Of a stretch of DNA of 64,000 nucleotides, positions 40,680-52,849 are shown in pieces. Position numbers and translations under genes: made by a program. The notes below the pieces were generated by a model. It searched no databases. It was not told the origin of the DNA and was given only the letters and a program-made list of their open reading frames with translations. The DNA is from Gnetum montanum (lineage: Eukaryota > Plantae > Gnetophyta): the NCBI GenBank assembly GCA_015680685.1, contig MNCI01000312.1, positions 489,164-553,163 on the forward strand, read 5' to 3'. How positions within the stretch are numbered: the first letter of the stretch is position 1; every line of letters starts with the position of its first letter.

Positions 40680-42375
40680 ATGCCTCTCCTACAAGATGAT
40701 AATGAAGCCACACTTAGTGAGGAAGTTCATTGGAGGACCAATGAGCTATATGATGATGAAGATTGGAGTATACAACCTGAAGTGGGAGTTTCCTATAAGA
40801 ATAAACAAAAACAACGTCATCCTAACACACAAAAGCCTAACTTACCCGATGACGATGAACCCCCACTGGCCACTACAACCTTAACACAAATACAAGAGGC
40901 CATTCAAATCTCAAGTAGGCATCGTAAAGAGAGCCATCTACCCAGGCTCGATTTAAATAATTTTCCCAAATTTTCAGGAGGCTATGACTTAGATCCGCAA
41001 CAACACTTACTAGCCTTCTACGATGCCTGCACATGGAATAACATTGATAACAGTTGGCAAAAACTTAAGCTCTTTCCTGTGACACTCATTGACCAAGCTA
41101 AAGTATGGTATAGATAGTTAAAACCAAATTCGATACAACGCTGGTCAACAATGGTAGAAGTATTTAATGAAAAATATCAAACCTACACAAGAGTGTCAAC
41201 CTTGAGGAAACAAATCCAAGGATGGAAACAAGAAAAACATGAACCCTTGGACATGGCCTTAGAAAGATATTATGCACTGTTAAACAACTATCCAGGCCAT
41301 GGGTTTTCTGAGGAAAGGCTAATGTACCATATCATTGATGGGCTACGTAATGAAACAAGAGAGACCTTAGGAACGTATCCCAAGGTCAACTATACAACCT
41401 ACGAACCCATGAAATTCAAGAGCTTATTAAGTGGGTAGCAAAAGAAGAAGGAGAATTAGTTACATGGGAGAGTGTTGAAAAACATCAANCATATGCCTGT
41501 ACAATCACCCCAAAGGCCAATGCATAATCTTGTTACATCTACATGAGCATTGAGAAAACACGTTACATCCAGAGTTTGTACAGAAATATTGTGTTCGATC
41601 ATAGTGGCAACAATCCCAGTCATGGGGGAATCCACCCTTAGACTGGAGGCACCCTTCATACCATCTGAATCTAAATGCTTATCACGTTCAACACCCTGCT
41701 TCTTCAACTGGGCCAACATACTCTATCCCACCACCATACCATTCTCCACAATACTATCAGCCCATACCTCTAACACAAACACCACCTTGTGCACCTTACA
41801 TTCCTCCTAACTTTCAACATTCTCATCCTTTCCCTCCTTCCACAATGCCACCAACTATTCCTAAGGTGTTTGTACCATTGTAACCCACGAACAACACTTG
41901 TGCTGCTGCTACTAACAGTAGTGAAAAGCCTCCTCAACCTCAAAGGTTCCCTTTCTTTAAACACAGCCATAGGAAGGGACAACATAACTCTGAGGCCACT
42001 ACATCTTCCAACATAGCACAAGTCCAACAATGTGGTGCACCCTTACCTTCAAACCCAATGCCTCATGTAACTTCATCAGGGCCACCAACTTACACTCCAA
42101 TAACCATATGGCCCAATGAACACAACCATGGGAGGCATCAGCCCAATCCTTGCATACCATCTAACGGTCCTAAACATCATAGTGGGTCAACTTGTTATCC
42201 AGGAACTACATTGTATGAAGTACCCCATTGTGTTTATTATAAAGTGTGTGAAATTCAAGGTGATAAGTATGGACTAGTTTCAATATTTCCAATATGCAAG
42301 GATCCTCATTTCCCATTTATTAATCCTTGCCATACTCAACCATTTAGTTATGGGGGATATCCCCCATTTCAATAA
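40680..42375 (+). pseudogene. gag: gag with Pro/His-rich C-terminal extension
   Basis: FPKFSG...DPQQHL..F...LKLFPVTL...AKVWY...W..M...FNEKY...KQEKHEPL...ERY...PGHGF (Athila-like capsid); in-frame stop and later frameshifts. Confidence 0.85.
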
Positions 42376-43756
42376 CAAGCAAGATTAATAAATATTTTTC
42401 ATTTTCTTTGATTTTACAACTTTTTGTTTTTCAGTTTTTCATTTTTCAACTTTTTGTTTTTATCTTTTTATGTGTTCTTTTTCCATTTTTTGTAAGTAAT
42501 CTCATCTACGAATAAAACACTCATGTGGATCGTTGGTTGAGGTGTGTTTTATGTTATTAAGTCATGAGTGGTCAATTATTGGAAACAGTGAGCCCATTTC
42601 ACCCACTCATCCACTCTACAAATAAGAGGTTCTGTTCGAGGGTACAGTGATATTCTTGAAATTTCTAGAACTTAACATTAATTTTGTGTTCATTGTACCT
42701 AGAATGAAGAAGGACGGACCAAGAGGGAATGATTAGGGTGTGACATCAAGGGGACTTGTGGATTCTTCTTGGTGACGTCTGTGGGAGTTATCATGCAATA
42801 TGGTTGTACTAAGATCCTTGTAGATCTAATGAAAAATGGGAGTAAGAGTAATCAAAAGGGCACTTGAAAATCAAATGCTGTTCTATGGGGTCCCACTAGA
42901 AAGACATGCACCCATGCCTGAAGGTTGGCGGCTTCTCTGGATTCATTAAAGTGATAAAAAAAAGAGAAAAGAAGAAGAAAACAAAAAGAAGTGCCATAAA
43001 ACAAAAATCACTCCTCCCTTGTACTAAATGCCAAGTGATCGTATGCCTTGTTGTTATGGTCCTCTCATAGTTGTTCATCATGGGATGAAACAATGCGATG
43101 TCACTGATTAGAAGGATGGACTTGGTCTTGATCTTGGAATGATGGGTTAATGACACCTTAATCATGCTTTACACGTAGGATCATTGTGCCTTGGGTCAGT
43201 TACCTCATGTCCCGATCTCTACGATCCCTTTCTCTACTTCGTCTCATCTTACTGTTTATGTAATTGTTGCTCGTGTTCTGTGTAGCATAGAATTTTCATC
43301 TCATTTCAGTGATATTTATATGTGTGTGTTTTGTGGAGTTAGTGCAGATTACATTTAACCCTTCTAGTGCCCACGAACACTTTAAGTGTGATTACACAAG
43401 GGCATAATAGGTTGAAACCTACTTTGGGGAGGACCCACTTGTGTAATTTTTTGTAATCTTCACTAATTCTCTAGTTCAAACACACAATTTCTTACCCTTA
43501 GCTTAAAATTTCATCATTTTCTTTCCCTTTTATTAACCCTCAAAATTTTAACGTTCCAACGTACCATTACATTCCCTTTTCTTCATAACCGCCAAATTTT
43601 TAATTGCTAAATTCACATCCTTATCATTAAGCGTGCCTCTCGAATTAATGAAATTACCCTATGATATCTTCATACTTGCCCATGTCCTCATCTTACACCA
43701 TTAATTTCAAGAAAATCATTAAAAATTCGATATTTGTCTTGTGTCCCACATCACTG

Positions 43757-43836
43757 GGGACGAGATATCACATACGCGATATTCCGTCCCACGTGATATC
43801 GTGTACGTGATATCGCGTCCTATTTACCTATAAATA
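43757..43836 (+). promoter_or_regulatory. Putative internal promoter: GATATC palindrome array plus TATA box, matching the LTR U3 module
   Basis: gagatatcac-atac-gcgatattcc...gtgatatcgt-gtac-gtgatatcgcg followed by ctataaata (43828-43836); compare 39680-39760 and 51399-51467. Confidence 0.7.
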
Positions 43837-44304
43837 GAAACCCCCGCTGCAACACTTAGCATCATTTTGCCATTTACATGAGGGGAATTTTTGAAATTTT
43901 TCTCTACAACTTGCAATTGCATGACCCTTGTTTTTTCACTCATATCTCGCACGCTGGTGCTTCGATTTTAATTCCGTTTCAACCTGTTTGAACCTGAAGT
44001 GTTCAGTTTAGTCGTGGGAGAGGGACACCTACTGAAAAGTGCCTAACTTTTTTGAAATTTATCATCGCCCAAAGGACATTAATTAGGGTAATTAATATTA
44101 ACACTTAGAGAAATTGTGCCAAAAATCATACGACCTTAAGTATACCGGGAGATTAAATTGAAATCCACCTAAGTCATAGGACCCCTTATTATAATTTTCG
44201 GGCACAATCACACGATAACATAAGATCTTTAATTAAAGGCATGTAGTAAGGTATAACTTAATTTTGAAAACCACCTTACTAACGTTTGGCCCGTGTGATT
44301 GCAA

Positions 44305-47094
44305 ATGGCCCCGAAACGTGCTCAGCGAGAGGGTCCTGCTCAAGGTGAAGCGAAACAACCTCGGAGAGGTGGAAGACGAGTCCCTGCCAGACAACATGCA
44401 GAATAGGAGGTGCAATCATTTAGCATCCATCAAGAAGAACCTCCTATAGGATGGTCTGGGTAGGCAGAAAGAGGAGCTGTTGCTGCCCCTAAACTGGGAC
44501 AACAACTCACGTTGCCCCTGGAATGTGTTCAGGCTATCCATATGAAGTCCACAATTGCTGCGGTGATCGTGGAGCTTAACTTCAAACCTTTTGCAGAGTT
44601 TGCTCCTAAGGCTGTTAGGGATCACCTTAAAGGATCTCCCTTATGGCTTGTCCTCTCTGAGTGCGGTGCCTGGTACTTAGGTGAAATGTACCTGTTCTGG
44701 CACAATAAGCAGCAAGGCACCATGGTTAACATTTGTGGTGTGACAGTTGACTTTTCTGCACAGGCAATTTCGGAAGTTTTAAACCTTTCGAATTCAAGCC
44801 CCCATGTTGCTCGGTTATCTACACGATTAGACCCTGATGTGCAAAAGGATTGGTTAGAGAAGGCTTATGGCAGAGATAAAGCTTTTGGTGAGCTGATAAT
44901 GGAAGAGCAGGTTTATTTCAAAATTGGAACCTATCACCTCTTCCCCACAAAAGGTTTAAAAAGAATATCAACGTATGCGATGAGAGGATGTGCAATGTTG
45001 ATGGGAAAGGTTAATGCCAACCTTCCCCATCTATATTTGACAGAGAAACTAAGCCGATTCGAAGAACAGAAGTCAAGGAAGATGGTGTTGCCTTTTCCCT
45101 GCCTTATCAGAAAACTGTGCCAACAGGCTGATATTCGGGGATACACAAATGACGTCCTCTGAAAGGCCTAAAATGCTTCTTATGTTGAATTATTAAAGGT
45201 GCCAGCTCCAAGAAAGAGCATTGGCGAAGAGCTAAGACTAGATGAAGAAGAAGAACAGATGACTAGATCACCTGCAACTCAACTTGCAGGACCCAGCCAA
45301 CCTCCAGCCACAGGTCCCAGCCAACAATAAGAAGCAAGACCCAGCACAGGCCATGATTAGCCGCCGTAGCCGCAAGACTACAGACCATCGATAAGCCATC
45401 TTAGGACCATCGCCAAGACGGTTAGTTGGGGAACCCGTGATGATGCAAATCTCTTCCACGTCATCGATGATGTCGACCAGCCTACTATTTCATTAGATCG
45501 CACAAGAGGAGAATTATCCATTCAAAAAGGAGGAGGGGAAAGTATATGGTCACAATAGATCTCAGGAAATGCGGCATCTTTTCAAGTGCAGTTATAGACT
45601 AGTAAAGGGGCCACTGTGGTGGTCATGCAACACCAGGATGCCACAGAAGCTACTGAAGTGGTCGCTGACCACATCAAAGAATCTTTCAATGTACTTGTTG
45701 TGCCACCGGTAGATCTTTCAGGAGCATGAGATGCTCAAACTCTTGTCAGAACCTCAATGACTCTTGCAGAACATGAGGATGTAATGGACAAATTGCTTCA
45801 AACAGGACAAGTTTTGACATCTCTGTTTAACATCTCTCAGCATGTAACAGCAATTCAATCAGACCTCATTTCCACAAAGGGGAAGCTGGTCATATCCAAA
45901 GTAAGGGCAGAGCATGCTAAAGCTGAAGTGCAGAAATTACAAGAGTAGCATGTAGCCTTACAACCAGCACAGCGGGATCCTTTGCAATTTGTTCCCGCAC
46001 ACCAGCTAGACAACTTTACAATCGAGAAATTAACAAAGTTAATTACAAAAAATAAGAAGGTGGTAGGAGAAAAGGAGATGGCCACTTGGGATGCCTCCGC
46101 AGCTCAAGCACAAACTCATGTGCATCTTAAGGCACTCATGGCCTTAGAAGAAGAAAATAAGCAGCTAGTTGCAGATAACCTTAGGTTGACTTCTGTGGAG
46201 AAACAAAAGAATGTTCTCGATGAACACTTTCATCAGTTACGAGAATAGTTCATTCAAGTCAACTGAGATGTAAGCTATTTAGCTAGAGAAAATTGAACCC
46301 TCTCAATGGAGGAGGTACGTGCTGTTCGCCAAAAATCAACCATCGAGATCAGCACATGGCAGAATGAGGCTAAACGACACGAGAAGCTGAAGGAGCATTT
46401 CCGTGATTAGGTGGGGATGTACAAACAAATCCTGGAGAAGGAGATCCATATGGCCAAGGCTCAAATCAACAACATCAGCGCTCAGAACACTGATTGGAGG
46501 GCCATATTGGACACTTACGCCTTTGCCCACCAAGCGGAAATTAAGAACCAGGACCTGCAGATCCAAGACCTGATAGAGTACATGGAGTTGGCAAACCTTA
46601 GATATGCCAACCTCGCCATGTTAACAGCAGGATGCCCGAGGTCAGAGTTTGAGCAGCAGGTAGCTTCCACCCATATCAAATATGAAGCAGAATTTGTAGA
46701 GCGAAAGAAGCTAGCTGGGGAACTAGATGTCGCAAATTCTAAACTTGCGGTGGTAAAAGAAAGCTACCAAGGATAAAAAGATGTTGCAACCGACTTGGCT
46801 CGATGGCTAATAGAGCTTCATGAATTTAAAGACAAGGCCAGAGCCTATGAAGAGGAATGATGGGTGTTCGCAGCATGGTACGTCAAAGCTAATCAAATGT
46901 TCCTGCAACTACCCTGTCCGTGGGAGGTGCCAACTCCATCAAACATTGGAACATTAATATGGACGGCACAAGATCCTCAGACTAAAGAGGAGAAGCTCCA
47001 GGCCATTCTTTAGCATCATCAACCTTCCAAGCTCGGAGTACGTGACAAGGGGAAAGCACCCATGGAGGAGCCACCGCCACAAGGAACTACATGA
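44305..47094 (+). pseudogene. Accessory (env-position) ORF, ~929 codons: basic N-terminus, putative plant transposon protein domain, low-complexity linker, long coiled coil
   Basis: Starts MAPKRAQREG, ends DKGKAPMEEPPPQGTT*. ORF-track pieces at 44512, 45757, 45982 and 46411 share one frame; roughly 20 internal stops, no frameshift. Motifs VNICGVTVDFSAQAISEVLNL and LPFPCLIRKLC resemble Athila extra-ORF proteins. Confidence 0.8.
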
Positions 47095-47250
47095 GTTCCA
47101 CATTTTTGTAGTTGTAGTATTTTTTCTCTGTGTTGTGTCTTCCCACACTGCAGCATTAGTCCATTTCTTTTTCCAGTTAATAATCCCATACCTATCCACT
47201 ATGTAATCAATGAAGCTTGTTCTCCTAACTCGAGGACAAGTTTTTATTCA

Positions 47251-47262
47251 GTCGTGGGGGTA
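47251..47262 (+). promoter_or_regulatory. Polypurine tract
   Basis: gtcgtgggggta immediately before the 3' LTR; same context at 9722-9733 and 15569-15580 (minus). Confidence 0.75.
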
Positions 47263-48178
47263 TGATGAGACGCGATTCGCATAGGCCGTGATATCACGTC
47301 TACCGCAATATCGCATCCCCCGCGATATCACGTACGTGATATCGCATCTTTCCTAAGATATCGCATACGTGACATCGCAGTCCGCCATCATATCTATAAA
47401 TAAGATGTGGCACTCCCTTTTTTGGGGATCCTAGTTTTAGAGTAGCAAAGCTCTGGCAGCTTGATCCCTCTAGCGTTAGATTTTTTCCCATGTCTGCCCG
47501 CAGTGTGGTGAATGTAATTGTACGGTGTCTTTATTCGAGTGTGTCGTACTTGGACACGCACATGACCGGCAATAAAGATCAAGATTACTTCATCATTTCA
47601 GCATTCACTTTGTTATTTATTTATTTTTTATTTATTTAATGTTATCTCTCTCACCCTTAAACTCCTAGAATGTGGAATGAGTACGACTTGATTACGAGCA
47701 TTTAAGTGTGACTACTTGGTAGCCCAATGGTGTAGCTAGGATCTACGCTTGGTAACCCAATGGTGTATTTGGGATCTACGCTTGGTAATCTGAGTGGCGT
47801 ACCTAGGATCTATGCTTGGTAGTCCTATTGGTAGTCGTGCACGAAGTCCAAGATGTGTACGATTGATCAAGGAATCGGTTGCTCGTTGCACTTAGGCTAG
47901 ATTAGATTCTCTTACCCTTTTCCTCCTAGCTTAGCTTAGTTAAATATTATTTTCCACTACCTTCAGGAGTAGCATAGATTAGGAAACACATCATACACCT
48001 CATTTGGACTAAACCATACATGACAAATGCAATACTAGTCCAGGTGGGTAGATAGCGAACTATGACCTAAGGATAACTATCTAGGTGCCACAACTAGTCC
48101 ATCTGCAGAGTTCGATCGGATCGCGCGTGCGATGCTCGTTTTGTATGGTTGAGTGTAGGGGTACCTTGTCACAAATCA
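47263..48178 (+). repeat. 3' LTR (916 bp)
   Basis: tgatgag...aaatca followed by the TSD. Confidence 0.95.
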
Positions 48179-49496
48179 ATAACCTTTAAAATGATATATG
48201 CCCAAAGAAAAAACCAATCTCACAATTAGAAATTACTTCCCCAAATGATCTTAATGACACTAATTTTACCTAAAGTGAACTCTTGGAAGCAAAGTTCTAC
48301 ACTTTCAAAGTTTGATTAATAAAATAATATTAGTCTCATCAACATTGCATATCATATTCTACAAGTCAACATTATACCATACATCACATATATATTACTA
48401 TACAATTCATTCCCAAAATCATACAATTTTGAGAAATAGGCAAAATAACATGTCCAACCTTAATCTTTGAGCTATGCACCCCACATGCCCACATAGCATA
48501 ATCATATACACTAATCTAGCATAAAAATACAGGAAAAAGGTAAAGAAAACCCACAAATTAAAATTGTTAGACAAAGAAAAGCCAAAACAAGGAAAAAACA
48601 CTCAAATTTTGGTAGAACTCCATTTCACTCCCAACAAGTTCTGCACCCACATAGATATGACTACAACAATTCCAAATCCAGGTTCAAAGCAAGCAAAAAC
48701 CATCCACAAAGCTCAAAATTTAGAAAAATGTGAAATAGAATAATAGAGAAGAAAGAAAAATGAAAGAATAGGCTCATGTGCATTTCTATTAACATGAACA
48801 GAAAAAAAATAGAAACCCAAAATCCAATTTCTATGGTTAAGCAGTGGTGAGGCGCTGGATCAGAAAAACAAACATATAACCTATACTTTTACTATATGAT
48901 TTTCCTTAAAATAAAAAAAAAACCAATGATGCATTTCTTTTCTCACGTGATGTGAGTTCACTTTTTCTTTTCTTTTTTTCTTCACTTTGAATTGTTTATT
49001 TTTTTTTTAAACGAACTATTTTCATAAGCTATCTTTATTTTTTTCCTCTACAACTAATGTCATGAACTTTAATCATGCGTAACAAACACACTAAGACTCC
49101 AAATTAAAATTTCTTTGAACCTATGAGATCCTTATCATACACTCTACACATTCACATGTCAAAACAACACCCGAACATCACATAACATAGCACTATAGTG
49201 CAAATGCATAAATATCAAAATCACACATAAAGCATAAAGACATACCAAATACGTGCTCTTGTACCCCAATCCAACACCCCTACCAGCAGCATCACTTTTC
49301 TAACACATCAAAAGAGCTAGTATACATAATCACGTTAGCTAAGCATGTAAAGACATCATAATTGTAACATAAAGACAAAGCCTCATAACATATAAAATAC
49401 ATTAAATCATCCCCAACAATCCACCAGGACTCCACATGTAATGTATAAATTGTAAGTGTATGACCATACCTAATGTCTCTAGATGGGGATGTAACA

Positions 49497-49960
49497 AGGA
49501 CCTGGTCATGGTCCTTCATAGTGAAAAAAATGAAGAGGAGAAGATCCTCAGAGAGACACCTAACACCGACATTCTCTAAACCCCACAAAGCCACAATCCA
49601 CTTTCAAATCAAGTCAATCTTAGGTTGAACCACCTTACACACAAAATGACTAGTTAGGCTACGTTTGGTAGTTTGAATGCCCTTCGATGGCAAACTCTAA
49701 ACCTTAATACAAGGAGAGTCATTCGTTCGGACCGATAACCCAAAGAATCAGCCCTGTTGCCCATCACCCCATACTCTTTCTCTCTGACCATCGCCCCTAT
49801 CCGAGGCCACCATCCCCATGCATTGAGCTACTTCTACCAAAGCCCGCACAAGAACTAGACCCACCTCCAATGCCCATGACCACTTCACTCTTGGACTCAC
49901 CTCCAATTCCCACTCCAGCTCCCATTTAAAATTCCAGTGTTCTCTCATAGCAACATTAAA
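49497..49960 (-). pseudogene. L1 LINE ORF1 remnant, cut by the Tekay LTR
   Basis: WIVALWGLENVGVRCLSEDLLLFIFFTMKDHDQVL, homologous to the ORF1 at 56560-56680. Confidence 0.65.
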
Positions 49961-51373
49961 TGCCTTGGGAAAATCTATAAATATATACTATTGATGCATC
50001 AATTCTTAGAAGTATGAAAAGTAGAAAAGTCCCACCCTATCTACATATTAAGATTAATGAGGGAAGAAGGTATATAGGCCTTTTAATCAATCCACCATTA
50101 TATTAAGTCATATGCTTATTAGTTGCTAATAAAAGTAGAGTCCCATGTTCTAAGAAGTGGAGGAAAAAATTGTGGTGAAATTTTAGAGGGTGCTTATTAG
50201 GGTCCTATAGAGAACATGGAACCCTAGGATTTTTTTAAAGAGCCTCTCCTTAATCAATATTGTTGAGAATTCATTTGTGTTTTGAATAATCAAATTCTAC
50301 AATACCTACTAGTAGCACTAGACCCTTTCTTTTCCTTGGGATGCTAAATCTATCAACAAAAAGTAACACTGCTTATGTCATGTTTGTCATAGAATGTTTA
50401 GGATTGTATTACTAAAGGAAAATTCTATACAATTTGTTGATTTACATTATGGTGGAGAAGGAATAGCTCCTTCCCCAGGCAAGGGGGGTAACAACCCTCC
50501 TCCCCCCCATCACCCAAGACCCAAAAAAAGAAATCAAAAATAAAAACATAGCCCAGATCCCTAACCTCCAAGTCATATTCATGGACAAACTTCCCCAGAC
50601 AACCAAGTTATCAAAATCAAGGTGTTACGAACCACCCCCTCATCCCCCCATCAAGACAAGACCACTAAAATAAAATAGCTAACACTATATGGATTCCTAG
50701 GATTGCCAAGAGTCAAACCTACTACAGGCATTTAGACAAGTTCTGACATGCACAATCAAGAATTTCTTAATTATGAATATCATTGAGCACTTCTCAGTGG
50801 TGCATAGAATTAACAAAGGTCATCACCTCCTAAAAATCCTAAATGTAGCTTCCTTTCTAGCATAGTCATCAACTGATCCTCTTCGATCTGGATGTAGCCG
50901 AAATGATGTTCTACGGATATGTTTATGCAAAACCAACCATGTAGTATCTCTGTGGATATCCAGTGCCAAATAAGGGCATTGCCTTGCCCTAAGCCACATC
51001 TAGGCATTCTAAGCATGCACTCTATCCACCTACCAATGTAGCTGTGCTGCTTCCTCACATTTCCACTCCCAAGCCACCTCCTCTAGCCACTTGCATTCTT
51101 AGTGCTTCTCCTCCTCACATTGCAACTCCTCCATGATTTGGCACCATATCTCATCAATCAATGTTACCTAGTGCTCTATTCATGGAGTGCATGTTGCCTC
51201 ATCAACTCCTTTTCTCTCTCCTAGAATTAAGCCTCCATTTGGGCCTACACCTATTAGAAGGCCTCTTTCCAAGCTCCCCATTTGGCCTTCCAAACCTTAC
51301 ACTCATCAACCCTAGCCTTTGTCATCACTTCCTCTACCACACATAGCAACATAGCTAAAGCATACTCTCTCCC

Positions 51374-52418
51374 TGATGAGACGCGACTTACACTAGGCCG
51401 CGATATCGCGTCTTCTCCTGCGATATCGCGTACGCGATATCGCGTCCCGCCGCCATATCTATAAATAAGAGGCGGCACTCCCTTCATTTCCCAATCCTGG
51501 CTAGTGTAGCGAAGCTCTGGCAGATTGATCACTCCAGAGTTAGAATTTTTCCCCATGTGCCCGCAGTAGGAGTCCTAGAGTGAACGGCTCTTTATTCGAG
51601 CAGCTTGTAACCTGAACCCAAGTTGTGTACGACAATAAAGACAAACTTGTTTGGATAAACCTTGCAGCACGTGGTTTCATTTATTGCTTTCATTTCCTGC
51701 TTTCCTAGTGCGTTCAAGTACGACTTGATTACGAGCATCTACGGACGTGTACGGCTAGTCAAGGAATCGGCTGCTTAACGCAATGCATGAGTACAACTCA
51801 ATTACGAGCATTGGCTGCTTGGTAACCCAGTAGCGTATTCCAGGATTCTGCGCTTGGTAACTCCAGGGTCCAATGTGTACGGCTAGTTGAGGAATCGGCT
51901 GCTCATTGCTAGGCTAAGAACGTGTGATAAGTACGACTTAGTTACGAGCACCCACGGGTGTGTACGGCTGGCTAAGGAATCAACTACTTATCACACGTAG
52001 GCTAAATAGGTGCCTTAGTACGACCACTTCGAGCACTTGCGTTACGTGTGGCGATCCCAGTAACGATTAGCGTTTGGTAAGCTGCAGTTGCATAGTTCAG
52101 GGTGTGTCTAGTAAGTGGGAACGGATGCTGACGCTAGTTAATTTAGACTTAGATCTTAGTTAGAGTTAGTTTAGTTTTCTCAACCCTTCCTCTCACATAG
52201 CTTAAGAGATAAAACTGAAAAATACCAAAAAAATCACATACCTCAGACTTGCTTAACCATACACCATGACACATACAAGCAACCCTGGGAAGACAACGAA
52301 CGATTAACCCCAAGTGTTTCTTGTGGCGTTAAGGCATTTAGTCTGCAGAGTTTGACCGGATCGCGCGTGTACGCTTGTATTCGTATGGTGGAGTGTAGGG
52401 ATACCTCGCCACTCATCA
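51374..52418 (+). mobile_element. Solo LTR (1045 bp) of a sister subfamily of the Athila-like element
   Basis: tgatgag...ctcatca; TSD CTCCC (51369-51373 and 52419-52423); no PBS or PPT. Confidence 0.95.
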
Positions 52419-52849
52419 CTCCCCAACAAGTAGAAACCCTTAGGGTCCTCAACAATCTTCACCGCCATACCAGGTGTGTGATAACTCAGCCACCTCCGTG
52501 GTGTTGGCTAACGTAAGTAAACTAGCTTATATGTTGTTGTAAGCCCATGTGACATAACCCCAGGTAGTAGCCCTTGTGGTTGCCCCAACAACACAACCCA
52601 CCAAAAGACAAGAATTAATCCTAAATGGCAACATTTGCACTATTTTTGCAACACTTCTAGGAAAAATTTAGGAAGTTTGACTTATCGCTCGTGATGCATG
52701 CATTTCAAGAATGCAAAGTACACACTTTAAAGTTTGGAAGCATTTCTAGACTAGACAAAAAACCAATCCACCAACTTAGTCGCCTATTGCCAGATCAGCA
52801 ACAATGCTGCTTTTGGTACTTGGCCACTGCTGGTACATGGCACAACACT

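Larger units (their letters stand above)
39655..48178 (+). mobile_element. Complete non-autonomous Athila-like LTR retrotransposon (gag plus accessory ORF, no pol)
   Basis: Two similar LTRs; TG...CA termini; 5-bp TSD ATAAC (39650-39654 and 48179-48183); tRNA-Asp PBS; PPT. Confidence 0.95.
38302..49496 (-). mobile_element. 5' LTR of the Tekay-like element (~2.7 kb once the nested 39655-48178 insertion is removed)
   Basis: Ends tgtaacaccc (38302) and ggggatgtaaca (49496) form inverted termini; PBS adjacent at 38298. Confidence 0.7.
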
